A DNA stretch of 64,000 bases from Nageia nagi (lineage: Eukaryota > Plantae > Pinophyta): assembly GCA_050084985.1 (NCBI GenBank), contig JBITNC010000001.1, positions 16,430,001-16,494,000 of the forward strand. Reading direction: 5' to 3'. Below, one piece after another: positions 13,201 to 25,291 of this stretch; within the stretch, counting starts at the first letter, position 1, and each line of letters begins with the position of its first letter. A program made the position numbers and the translations under genes. The notes below the pieces were generated by a model that saw only the letters and a program-made list of their open reading frames with translations, did no database searches and had not been told where the DNA came from.

Positions 13201-14069
13201 GGTGTGAGCGAAACTGGAGCACTTTTGAGCAAATTCATTCAAAGAAGTGCAATTGGCTCACCTATGAGCGCTTGAATGATTTGGTTTTTGTGCATTACAA
13301 TCTTCGCCTCCGTCATAGACAAATTGAAGGAATAAGTAATGACACGATAGAGTTGGGTGAGATTGATGCAAGTGATGTGTGGGCTTCATGGTTGAAGGAT
13401 GTGCTAGAAGAGGTTATACCATTAGAGATTTTGATTTCAATTTTCAACTTATAGATTAGCTATTGAATTTGATTTTGAATATATTTTATCAGCTTTTTAT
13501 GGGCAATGCATTTTGATTTTACAGCCTCAAGATTTTGATTTCACCTTTGAAGAGTATCAAAGGATGGAAGAACAAGTTGTTGCAATGGGAGAGGAAGCTA
13601 AAAGGGTGGCAATGGAAGTAGAAAGGGACCAAGGGGGTACATTAGCAGCAAAACCATCACATAGAAGAAATTCTCTTGAAGATGATATTGATGATGATGA
13701 ACCTCTAATAACAACTAAGTCTAGGGTTGCAAAAGAGAGATTGCAAAAGGCAAAACATGGATGATAGCTCATAGCAATGTTGCAATAGCAGTCACTAGAT
13801 GAATGCTTTAAATCTTCTGATTCAAATTTTGTTATGTCACATTGAAAATCTTTAATGTTTTTGATCCTTGACACTTGACATTCGATATGTAATATCGAAC
13901 TCTACAATTTCTTTGATATGCAATGTTGGATATTTTATATGTTATTCTATATGGAATGTTGTTTATTTGATGTGCAATATTCAGATTTAGATTCCTTCAT
14001 TTTTTCTCCATGCCGATTTTTCAAAAAATCAAAATCCTACAACCAAACGATTCCGATTTTTTAACTATG
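10253..14069 (+). mobile_element. Full-length hAT DNA transposon (3,817 bp)
   Basis: Perfect 8-bp TSD GTTCGTCC (10245-10252 and 14070-14077). TIRs CATAGTTGTAAAAATC / GATTTTTTAACTATG. Subterminal CGATT/AATCG repeats. Confidence 0.95.
10766..13764 (+). pseudogene. hAT transposase (BED zinc finger, DUF659-like core, C-terminal dimerization domain), disrupted, about 6 introns
   Basis: Motifs W...CNFC...MKFHLA (BED), ITDNASAYIKAG, FWTSCAAHVIDLLLEDIG, PLVRVLRLVDSEKPSMGYVYEAM, WWEDYGGNTPNLQKVAIKILSQPASSSRCERNWSTF. Stops and frameshifts present. GT-AG introns at 12362-12492, 12760-12867, 13015-13113 and 13413-13524, plus two with mutated splice sites. Confidence 0.92.
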
Positions 14070-14149
14070 GTTCGTCCACTTTGAGAAGGAAGTTGAGCAC
14101 ACTTCAAAGGCAATGTTTATGACTGCACTACAATGGTTGAGCGAAAGAT

Positions 14150-14615
14150 GGAGAATAATGAAGAGGAAAGAATCAAGGTCACTTATTGTTTAAGTGAGAT
14201 TTTCATAATTTCATCACCAAAACCTACATATGATGTAATACATTGAGGAAGATGCTTCAACTTGTGGTGGTCAGTTTTGAAGACTTGGGAGAAATCACAA
14301 GTTCACAATTTTCTAGAAGGGTTACTATGCTTGAAACATTTGCAAAAACCAAAATAGGCAACGTCATGTTAGAAATGGGCATGGATGAATTGATCTACAC
14401 AATATTTCAAATTTCATTACTTCAGTTAGAGAAGAGCATGTTGATAATGTTGTTACATCCATGAGAGAAATTATGACCTCGATCATAGATGAAAGTGATT
14501 GCATTTACCAACCACTTGTATCTACATTGTTAGATTTCTGGAAACAAGATTTTGCTACACATGAGTTGGTTAACAGTGTGATTAGACAGTGTGAAGAAAA
14601 GCTGAAACCATTTAT
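14150..14615 (+). pseudogene. PDS5: Intronless fragment of PDS5 (sister chromatid cohesion protein) N-terminal HEAT region, two frameshifts
   Basis: Joined frames read KVTYCLSEIFIISSPKPTYD/TLRKMLQLVVVSFEDLGEITSSQFSRRVTMLETFAKTKIGNVMLEMGMDELIYTIF/NFITSVREEHVDNVVTSMREIMTSIIDESDCI...LVNSVIRQCEEKLKPF. Colinear with plant PDS5 as recalled (CISEITRITAPDAPYDD.MKEVF.LIVSSFEDL...RISILETVAKVRSCVVMLDL...MFQHFL...VFSSMENIMTLVLEESE...C..KLK). Confidence 0.8.
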
Positions 14616-15102
14616 GGAACAAGAGGAGACAACAGCCAAAGCTTCCCTTATAGTTATTTCCCCACCATACGAGGCAAGAGAAGAAGATCTCGAAGACAAC
14701 ACTTCAGCTTGTAACCATGATGAGGGTATTGATTCTATTCATAATGATGATGCACACAGCAAAATGGTTGGAGGAAAAATTGATGAAGAAAAAGGGGATA
14801 AATCATTACTACAGAAGGTATGGCTAAACCATGTTATCACTATTCAAAGCGAGCCCATGTTTTTGTTTGAGGTTGTTCACTATGATAAAATCAAAAGTGC
14901 AATTGTAGACTTCGTATGTGCTCATTTTCAAGGCACAAAGTCATGCATGGATCTCAATAATGAAGAACTCATGATGAGGAGTATAGCAACAACAATTTGA
15001 GTAACTCTCTTGGCATCCATACCCACTCCTAACTTCATGACTATCAAGAAGGGAAGAGCACCTAGAGCACCACCATGGAATGACGGATTTGCAATTAGAA
15101 TC

Positions 15103-18100
15103 AGGGTTTTTTAAAGCTCGATTCCTTAGAAAAAAGACTTTTTAGGATTTCTAAAATAATTTGAGTATAACGCTTTTCTAAATCGCCAAAATTTTACAAT
15201 AGAAAATTTTATTTTCTAGTTAAATAGCCAAAAATATAAAATCATTTAAAAAAATAAAATTGAAATAGCCATCTCCAAGAAAGTAAAGATTAAAATAAAA
15301 TTTAAAATAACCAAAAAAATTATAATAAAAATTGATAATAATAAAAAATTGCCTAAATATTATAACTACACTTTTTATGTTGTAGAAATTGCCAAAATTT
15401 AATAAATATTATTTATATATTTCCCTCAAAATTTGAAAATTAGTAAAAGCTAAAGTCCCAAATTCTTATGTAACTTTGAAAACCCTAAAAGTTATAAAAT
15501 GAAACAAATCTCTTTCAAATCCGCTTGGCATTACAAAATGCAATGTTGATCGACATTCCCACATCAAGGATGGGAGGTTGGATTCAAATGCCTACGATTC
15601 GTACTGTTTGCAGTCAATATGTGGGAGAAGCAAGCCCACCCATACATAACCAACACTTGCACATCTTCAAATCTTCATCTTTTTGTATTCAATCAAGAAT
15701 TCACTATGTTGGTTGATTTGATCTTGCATTGTTCTTCAGATTGCTATCATGGCACCCAAGTCTAAGAAGAACAAAGTTATGACGATCCCTCAACTATCTT
15801 AATAACCATCTTTATAGCCATTTTTATTTTTTATTTAGTTAATTATAAACTCATTTGGACTAATTTTTATTTTACAAATAATGAATTATGAAAAATAAAA
15901 TAAGAAAAATTATTTTATCAAACATTTCTTTTTAATTCAAACTATATATATTTTTGAAAGGAAAAAAAGAAATTAAAAATTATATTCTATTGAGTGGCAA
16001 AGAACTTGTTCAAGGTATTGTAGGAGGAAGGAGATAAAAGAAGCAAGTCAAAAACTTATGAGAAAATCAATTTCAACCTTGCTTATGAATTAACACGTTT
16101 AATGGTTTTTAAGCCTTCCTTATGATACCAGTAATTTCACGTACCCTTCAATTTGCTTGCTTTGCAACTTTGAGGAGTATGAGGGCAAATATATGTTCAT
16201 GCTCAAGAATAGATTGCTTATTTTTTTATTCTTTTGGTAAATAAAAAAAATTTATTAACTATGACCAAAACATTTTCTAAGCACAAATAGTTTATTTGTC
16301 AAGGTTGTAGATTGAAGTGTTATTTAAATTTGAAAGTTCTAATCTATACTTATATGGTGTTGCTCTCTTTTTAAATCCTCTCTTTTTAAGATAAAAAGAA
16401 AACACAATATAATTAAAACAAGCTTGACAATTTTATTATACAACTTAATTATATTAAAAATAAACATCCAAATACTTAATTAAAATGAAATACTATTAAA
16501 ATAATAAATAAAAATGGTAAATATAATATTAAAATGATAAAAATAACCATTTAAAAAAATTTATAAAAAAAAAAATTAGATGCTAAATATTTTACTACTT
16601 TCATTTTTATATTTAATATTTATTAATCCTTACGTTTTCCATCGGAGATTACAAATCAATATGATTTTTTTTGCAAATGAGCTTCCACATTCCAATGGAC
16701 TCGGATCCACGACCTTTCTTGAACAGAAATCGAAGGAGATGGAATCCATTTAGGGCAGACATATCATAGTATAAAGAGGAACCTGAAGGGAAGGGAAAGA
16801 TGTTCTCTCTCTACATCAACTGTCCACTAATGGCTTTTCCTTTCTTTGGAACACAAAAAGGCATAGTCTTCTGGTTTTTTAACTCTGCATCTGCCAATCT
16901 AATCTCGTTCCACACTCCGCGTTTATTGCTTTCCAAAACTGGGAAGGTTCAGGGTTTTCTAGGAAGTTGGCTGCTGAAAAAACGGCCAGGCGTTGTGTTA
17001 TGTCACCTTGTGCAGCCTGCAAACTATTGAGACGAAGATGTTCCAAAGATTGTATGTTCGCTCCATATTTCCCGTAGTGGAACCCCTCAAGTTTGCCATT
17101 GTTCATAAGGTCTTCGGGGTCAGCAACATTAGCAAGATGTCGAAGGTACGCATAGTTGTCTACATACCATCACTTGGGCAACACAGTCATAGAATACGAT
17201 TGTTTTTTTTAATTCTTATGATGATAAATAAATTCAGGAAGTTGCAGAGTATCAGAGAGCGGATGCGGTGAGTAGCATGGTTTACGAAGAGAATACGAGG
17301 ATTAGAGACCCTGTGTATGTTAAAACAGAACCAACCTTTCGAAAAATAAAAAGAGGAAAGCCATCAATAGTCATCGGGGCTTTCCAGGGAAAAACCCCTT
17401 CACATTGGCACTCCAGAACATAAATATTCACAACAAAAAAGGAAAACATACGATTTGGACAAAAATATATTACATATTACATTTTAAAAATAACATTTGT
17501 CTAATACAACTTATTTCTATTTACTCAAAGCATTCCTCTGCATTTAATTCAATATTAAATATTTGGATTTATTTTATTTCTCCTCACAAAATAAATAAAT
17601 AAAACACTATTTAATATTCAACTCTTCTAATTATTTAAAACAAAGAAATATATAACTTTTCAAATATTTAATTTTAAAATATTTTAAATAATTATTTAAA
17701 AAATATTTAAATTTTAAATAATATTATGAGATATGCTTTCCATTATAAAAAATATTAGATTAAAAGGAAACATCTTAAATTAAGATTAAAAGAAATTTCT
17801 TAAAATTATGTTAAATGTTAAAAACATTCTTCTATATTTTAAAGCTTAAATGTTTAGAAAAAAGAAGTGTTCATTGACAATAGATTTGGATTAAATATAT
17901 TCATGAAGAATTTTCTTATAAAGTTTAGATTAAGTGATGAACATCCAAACTTCAAATATTAAAATTAGATGATTTGATAATGAGAAAATAAAAATAATCA
18001 AACTACTAATAAAAATTGATCCAAAATATTTTACTACTAGTTATATCATGGAGATACTCTTACCCTATAACTTATTGCTTGGAAGAACTTCCATTCATGA

Positions 18101-18806
18101 TATGGAAGTCATTCCTTCTACACTAGACATATTTTGAATTTAAACATGAAGGACTAATTCATGCATCCAATAATATATAAAATATTTTTAATATTGTAAA
18201 TTCCTCTTATTAATTCAATGGATATAGTGTATCTCACTTGGAATCTCATGACATATAAATTATTAAACCATTAGAGATCATCCCTTATAAATTAATTGAC
18301 GTAATAATAAAATATAATTCATTAGAAATTACTTCGATATTGTTAAGAGATTAAAAAATAATTTAAACAAATTTAGGTATTTATATATACATCCAACAAA
18401 TATTACATATGAGTAGAAAAATAAAAAATATATATCTATACAAGCATGGGATAGTAAGAATTTTAATTTAGTATATTTAAGAAATTTTCATTTTTAGGAA
18501 TTACATTTTTATTAAAGTAAATTGCATGAAATATATATTAATATTATAAAAAATAATTGTTATCAATTTTATATTATTAATATTAATCTTGATGCTTGCA
18601 ATGATACGAATGATAATCAATGCTATATTTAGGAAATTTTTATTTTTAGGAATCGCCTTTTTTCTCCATAATTTGTTTTCTTGACTTTCGGAATAGCCAT
18701 TTTTACTATACACACTTCTACAGGAATAACCAACCTACTAATCGAAATTGAATGAGAATAGCCTTTGTTTATATAATTCAATTTTTTTTTTCTTAAAATG
18801 AACCCT
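15103..18806 (+). mobile_element. MULE-like non-autonomous DNA transposon (3.7 kb) with short TIRs and gene-like cargo
   Basis: 10-bp TSD AATTAGAATC (15093-15102 and 18807-18816). Termini AGGGTT...AACCCT. AATAGCC/AATCGCC/AATTGCC motifs near both ends. Very AT-rich with GC-richer islands. Superfamily inferred from TSD length. Confidence 0.75.
16879..17190 (-). pseudogene. Unidentified 104-codon ORF remnant inside the MULE-like element
   Basis: [57 protein letters not shown]...: one early TGA, lying in a GC-richer island. Not recognised. Confidence 0.3.
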
Positions 18807-19019
18807 AATTAGAATCCAAGGAAAAGAGTTGATACTTCGTGGCATGAAAGACCTTGGAGAGGCAAATACAGAATTCCAAAGGATGGAAGCTATCGGGAAG
18901 AAGTTAGAGTTTGTTGATTCTTGGATCAACCATGATGAAGGAATGAAGGATCAAGAAGACTACTACAGCTATAGATGTTCCGAATTGCTTGGGGACAAGC
19001 AATTTGGGAGCGGCGGACA

Positions 19020-20344
19020 TGTAATGTCCCCATTTTTATGGTGTTTTCCCCATTTCACCTCTGATAATTGGGGGAACATTAGCTTAGGTGTGATTTTGTC
19101 TATTTTAGTAGTTTTTGGAACAATGGCCCTTTTTATTTAGTCATCATGTATAGTTGAGTGCCTAAAATGCCAATAACAATGTATTAATGATACCAAAGTA
19201 ATTATAGTTGTAAATGCAATATTAGTCTCCCTAAATGAGGTGTTGCATATTTTTAGCCTTGACGGATGTAATATTGGCATTAGATGGACCTTTAGTCATT
19301 AGTGCTTCCCTCTTCAAGGTAGAGCATCCCCCTAGGTGATTACATCAACTTCAAGGCATCTCAAGGGCATCCAAGCTTGGACGTGGCACTTCAAAAGAGG
19401 AATTTAGCATCCCGAGGCATTGGATGGCTCCTACACTTGGATGTTGGGCATTCATGGACAATTTCACCCCCACATTGAAAGATTGGGCATTCCAAGGCCC
19501 CACGTCACCCCTCTTGGTTATTTGGAGGCATGGTACTGATCCTAAGGCACATCGACATCACCTCTACTTGGACGTTGGTATTCCTAGTCCTTGGATGTGA
19601 TCTCACTTATCCCGAGGCTCTCTGTCTTGACATTGTCAACATGAACACACGGATCACATCTCTTCACCATTAGATCATCTCAATGCAAGATTAGAAGAGA
19701 GACTACATGGCCTATAAAAGGAGGACCCCTAGACATTTTGAGATATGTTGATTATTGATTATAAACCCCTTTTATCGGATTAAGTGTGAGAAATCTATCT
19801 TCACCACTTGTAGAGCAACCTACATTTGAAGTTTTGAGGTGATAGAAGGCTAGCCTCAAGCTTACTCTAGCTGTTTGGGAGAGGAACACTATTGGTTCCA
19901 TCACAGAAGAAGTAGGGAAGTCCTAGACTTGGCCTTGTTTCTACTACGGTTAGTGAGGCCTTGGAGCCATCCAAAATAACTCTATTGGAGGTAGTATTGG
20001 TGCAAGCTTCTTAGGTCAAATACATATTTATGTAATTGCGCTTCCGCCATTTCAATATCAATACAATTACATTTTTCCTATTTCTATTTGCTATTTGTCT
20101 CACTCTGCTAGACGTTGGATTTGGAGTGATTATTGCATTGTTAAATTCATGTTTTGCTCCCTAATTACAATGTTGGATTACTAGAGGCATTATTGCATGT
20201 TTATAGATTAATTTTGGTCAATATAGCTAGACGTTGGATACTTGTTGCAATTTTGATCTTGTTTGGATAGTTTCGGAGCAAGAAGGCAAGCATCCCTCTC
20301 GTAGGGCATGTTTGAGCATGATCAGCTAGTTTGGGATCATTACA
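19020..20344 (+). mobile_element. 3' LTR of element B (1,325 bp)
   Basis: TGTAATG...CATTACA perfect 7-bp inverted termini; TATA-like CTATAAAAG near 19712. Confidence 0.9.
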
Positions 20345-22487
20345 CCCCTTGGGGGTCATTTGTTAATAGGAGGATGATCATTTGATCAAGAGGAGAACTA
20401 TTGTGAAATTTGCTAAAACTCTTATACTCTCTTGCATGTGAATGTTGAGCATAATCTAATACATCAAGACTTGTTTCACTTAATGGGATTGTGGACTTGA
20501 GTACTTGTGCTTGGTGTTTACTTGTGGTTGTTATATGACTTGTGTGCATTTCTCGCAAGTGTATGCTTGTAAGAAAGTTGAATGAATATCTTATGAAGTT
20601 GTGTGATTGCCATTTGATAAACATTGTCCACTATTTCGCATGCAAATGGATATATGTTAGAAAAGTTCTTTCAATATCGTTTGGTTTGATAGACTGCTCA
20701 TGTTGTTGCACTCAGTAACACTGCTATAGACTCCATCTTGCTTACAACTTGGACTTAGTCATTTGTGGCAAGGATTGGATAAGTGAGTAGGCACATCATA
20801 ATAAACTCGGAGAGAAGGTGATCTAACCTAATCCATTGGGGAACTTGTCTCTAAATGAACTCACCTCGTATGCCATCATACCCACTTTGTATTTCTTTTT
20901 ACATTTACTTTGTTATTTTTCCTTTTAATTACCATCAAAAGTCTATCCTTTCAATTGGTGTAAAACAACTCCAGTGCCCATAGTAAACATGGTAAAAGTT
21001 GTTGTCTCTCCTCCCCACTAGGTCATTCCAAGTTCAACTTCTTATCACTTCTATAGACAACATTTTGAGATACAGAAACCTTGAGGTAACCAATCCTTGC
21101 AAGCGGAGGTTAGTAACACAACCTCGACCACATGGTTGGATGCCTTTCCATTTATCACCTAGGTGGTCTTTGTAAGAGGAAGGAAAAACATCCCAACACC
21201 ACCTTGTTAATTTTGTTTTCAAGTGATAAACAATAGCAAAAAAAAAGTGATCAAGGAGGACCAACAAGAGGGACTATGCATCTCTTCTTGAGATCATATC
21301 TCAGGGTGGACCATTGGACAATTTTGATATCACACTGCCTGCTGAATGACGTGGTTAGTCTGCAGATGAAATGAATGATAGCTCAATTGCAAGGGCCTGG
21401 GATTGGGGTGTAGAGAATGATCGATAGGTAGGGATCAGTAGCTCCAATAGGTCAAGAAAGATCATTAGCTCCATGGCATTAGGTAGCAGGTCCAAACCTG
21501 ACATTGACTAGACGCCTAATGTTGAAACTTCAACAACAACTAGCTATCAAAGAAGAGATCTTGCAATAGTTTCAATATATATGTGAAGGGATGAAGGCTG
21601 TCTACGAACAAAGACTTTTGAAGTTTCAAACAAGAACCAAGGAAATCATGCTAACTTCTTTAATTTACCATGATCTGATCTCCCATCAGATTTATATAGT
21701 AACTTTGAACAACAAATCAAGGAATTAGGTTCGTTAGAAATCCCAAGGCAAGCTGGTTTAGGATACCCTTGTTCAACCCTTTCAAAATCCAACATAAGAG
21801 TAAAACCCTCACTGCCACTGCAATTGTAACAAATGGCCTACTCAAAAACAGTGCTCAAGTCTTCCATGCAGAGACTCCATCACTGAATCACATAATGCAA
21901 AATGCTCAGAAGAAAGTGACAAGCTATCAACATGTTTCAGACATATGTTATTATGGATAGATTGAAGTCATATGCAATCGTTGTGAAAGGATCGTGCAGC
22001 TAGAGATGGTTGGAATCTCCATCCTTGTGAAATACATGGCAAACAAAGACAATAAACATCCAATGTGGGTTGCTGACATTCCTGATGAAGAATCTTGCAA
22101 ATCGGTCAAAAGAAACTGTGATTGGATTACTCTAAATAGATGGAAGTAAATTACCTTGGTGCTTAGAGGTCAGTATGTTCATCAAGCTTCTGAATTCCTT
22201 TTTAATAAAGTCTAGTTAATTAGAAAAAGCATATTGTACATGACATCATTAGGACTGAGTAGGGCATTAACAAGCACCACTCAGGCTTAGCTTGACAACA
22301 ATGCAAAAACGGTGCTAAAGACAAGAAAAAAGGCTTCATCAGTTAAGATATGACAGACACTCTAAAATCAATGCAACACAAAGTATGTTGTCTAACGCCT
22401 CAATGTTCTTCACACTTATCAACTGTGCAATGAACTTATTTATAAAATGAATTTGATCTTAACTTTGAAAGAGACAAAACAACTAAC

Positions 22488-22569
22488 CGAGATATTTTGA
22501 ATGTCTCGAAATATTTGTAGGTATGGCCCCTGGATGAACTGAATTAGCAGTCACATTAGCACCTTCTTC
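22488..22569 (-). CDS. TIC32-like SDR, exon 6 (EEGANVTANSVHPGAIPTNISRHSKYL)
   Basis: TTCCAG acceptor and GTTAGT donor. Phase-0 start matches the end of exon 5. Conserved NSxHPG motif. Confidence 0.9.
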
Positions 22570-25126
22570 CTGGAATGAAAATCACAAAGATGTATCATTA
22601 ATGTTGAAACCAAATAGACATGCATTTGCATGTGTGCGTTCAGTGTATAACTAAACAACAATATAACCAAAAGCAGTATGACAGGCCAAAATGAGATTCA
22701 CACAACACTAGTCATTGATTGCACTGTAAAAACAATTGGTTTATATTAAATTTAATAAAAGAGTTGTGATCTTTCATTCAAGCATAAACAATGATTAGAC
22801 TTAATAAGCAGGGATTACCATAAGCATATAGTCAAACACTTACAAATCTCCACTTTTCAAGTATCTCAACCTTTATTATGTTCTACTGTAGAAATAGAAG
22901 ATATGATCAAACAAGACCTTGGAACCTAAACCTCGAGCAGTTTACAGACTCAGAACCAGACCGCAGGCAGTTTGCATATATGACTGATAAGCGATGAAAC
23001 AAGTCTCTAAGACCTACACAGATACAGAGGATCTCAAACCAGCTTGAACATGCACAAAATCTACACAGAACTAGACCACAGGTGGTCCCTACAAGTGCTC
23101 CAAGAGTCCAAACAAGGTAAAGCAAGTAGGAATAGCTTCTGTCCGACAGAACCAAGCAAGATTCAGTTAACACAAGCGAGAAAAGTTGATACAATGTGCA
23201 CAGCATGTTAGACAAGTAGACAGTTCTATATTTTCCGCTTGAAACTACAAGTAAAAAGCAACTACAATGCCATACTAGCTCAATCCTATAAATATACTAT
23301 TATTACATGCAAGGAATGATGTTACATATCTTCTTCTTCCGTTACAAGAATCTCCTAACAGCCTACCAAGAGAATATTTTACAGGTACCGTTTCCAAAGC
23401 AGTTACAACAGTCGAAAGTATGAGATGAAGGCCAAGTGGCAACAAGAAGAAGTGGATGAACTTTTCTCTTTCTCAGCATCATACTTCAACATCTATCTCA
23501 TGACTAAGTAGTAAAATATACATCGGTTACCAAAGTCAATGAAATAAGCAAATGTCTACATGTAGTCTAGAGTTACAATAATGATTAAGAAAAAACATTC
23601 CTATGCACCATGCACAAGTAGTTCAGGTCATTTCATTCGCAACTGAATAAATGGCATAAAACATTCTCACCAATGATAAAAGTTTCCTATGCTCATGCCC
23701 AAGAGCAATTCCTAGCCCACTTCAGCATCTCATCTGTTTCATACCATTTAGTGCCACATGTTATCACCGAACATTATTCACTTCAAGCTCCTAACTGATA
23801 ATTGTACATAGGGTATCTTATCACCAAAGCTTTTCTCAATATTGATATGACGAACTTTATTAAGTTGTATATATGGGTTCTTATTTTGCGTGGAATAAGC
23901 ACTTGCATGAATCCTTACCAGTTCAATTGTAATCAACAATATTGAAGGTCAGTGTGCATGAATCTGCAAAGGCACAAAGAGCATCTTTCACAAGCAATGA
24001 AAGAAGGGAAGAATCACTCAGTAACTTCAAATAGGTGTTTCCCTTTTGTTTTCTTGGTCATTCTTATTTTCAGGTGTTGCCCCTTCATTCATAAGTCTTG
24101 CCATCCCATGTTCAGTTCTCAACACTTACTGAACTTCTGAGTATTAGTGTCTATCTGTGTAATCTAGTCAACACAATGGAAGCAACTAAATAGATACAGG
24201 GTATAAGGTTCAAAATAGATACCAGGGTCAATATGCTGCACACTCAGAACCTGAGGTCACTATTAGAGCGTTATCAAATGTTAGTACTCTGAATTAGAAG
24301 CAATGGCTAATGTCAATCCTTTTTTCACCAAGGAGAAAGCAAATGGATTTTATTTGACAAGAGGTCATAAGGTGTTTCACTGAAATCATCGTAAACATGG
24401 GTTTTGAAATCAAAATCAAAAAGATCTCATGCAATGTTATGTGCTTCAATTATATTAACAGTATCTTTCAGAGAACACCTCCTACTTTCCCTGTAGTCCA
24501 AAAAGATAACTACGCAAAGACATTGGCCATTTGGCATCATCAAAAATCAAAATGGCTTGTGGTAGTGATCAAAGCAGCCAGCAAGTGCACTTTAGATTCA
24601 GACCTTCATTTCAGAAAAATTTCTTAATGTATTCCTCAGTGAGTTACTTGTGAGACAGAAACGGGGATTACAAAATTGATTTTGAGACCAAGATGATTCC
24701 CATATGATGCACCTTCTCATCTTAACTATGCAGATAAAGAAGAGATAAGTAGCTATAAGAATTATTGGAAAATGGTTGAATTTTGGCCGCGTAAATTTCC
24801 CTTCACCTGTTCTATTAGTGAAGAAAAAAGATGATCTCATGTGCATGTGTATGAACTATAGAACCATCAATAAAGTCACCATAAAAATTCAATACCCACT
24901 CTCTTACGTTCCAATAATCTTGAAATAATTTAGGTGGATACATTCAACGTTCATACAGATTGGTACATTTCAAATAATTTTATCAGCAGCCCACACATAA
25001 CAAGTTTCTAGTGATGTCGTTTAAAATAACAAGTGCCCCAGTAACTTTTGTGGGGAGGGTGGACAATCTCTTCAAGTCAAACTTTGAAAATACTGAAAGT
25101 GTTCTTAACAATAGTGTTTTGATTTT

Positions 25127-25291
25127 ATCCCCAAAGGGATACCGCACCGGTTGGGTGCATGTCTAGTTGTTGGGAGGTCCCAGGTTCGAATCACTTTGTT
25201 TGTTGTAGTACTTGTCATGCGTGCGTGATTGATTTGAATGTAAAACTGTTAGGATTCCGTTCAAAAATCCATCCTCCAACCTAATAAAAAA
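25127..25291 (+). mobile_element. tRNA-derived SINE
   Basis: B box GGTTCGAATC (25183-25192) and A-rich tail. TSD AATAGTGTTT(T)GATTTT at 25110-25126 and 25292-25307. Confidence 0.85.

Larger units (their letters stand above)
7642..20344 (+). mobile_element. Element B: non-autonomous chromovirus-type Gypsy LTR element carrying a PDS5 fragment, with hAT and MULE-like insertions
   Basis: Partial 5' LTR 7642-8051 matches 19933-20344 (about 90% by eye). PBS-Met at 8053. CTTGGGGACAAGCAATTTGGGAGCGGCGGACA (PPT region) precedes the complete 3' LTR. No gag or pol motifs seen. Confidence 0.8.
1210..21198 (+). mobile_element. Element A: degenerate non-autonomous Gypsy (Tat/Athila-like) LTR retrotransposon with nested insertions
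   Basis: 1210-1320 matches 21087-21198 (about 9 substitutions and 1 indel in 111 bp), both ending GGAAAAACATCCCAACA. A PBS-like TGGAGCTAGGAGGG follows 1320. The internal region has protease-like remnants but no RT or integrase. The 3' LTR probably starts at TGTTGTGGCC (4621) and is split into about 4621-5668 and 20345-21198. Confidence 0.65.

Noticed and set aside
22000-22440. Candidate SDR exon 7 (for example the donor-like CAAG/GTAAT near 22154)
   Set aside because: The phase-compatible frame hits a stop, and no GAATTCYVAL exon follows.
25127-25200. tRNA gene
   Set aside because: A B box is present but there is no cloverleaf. The TSD and A-tail indicate a SINE.
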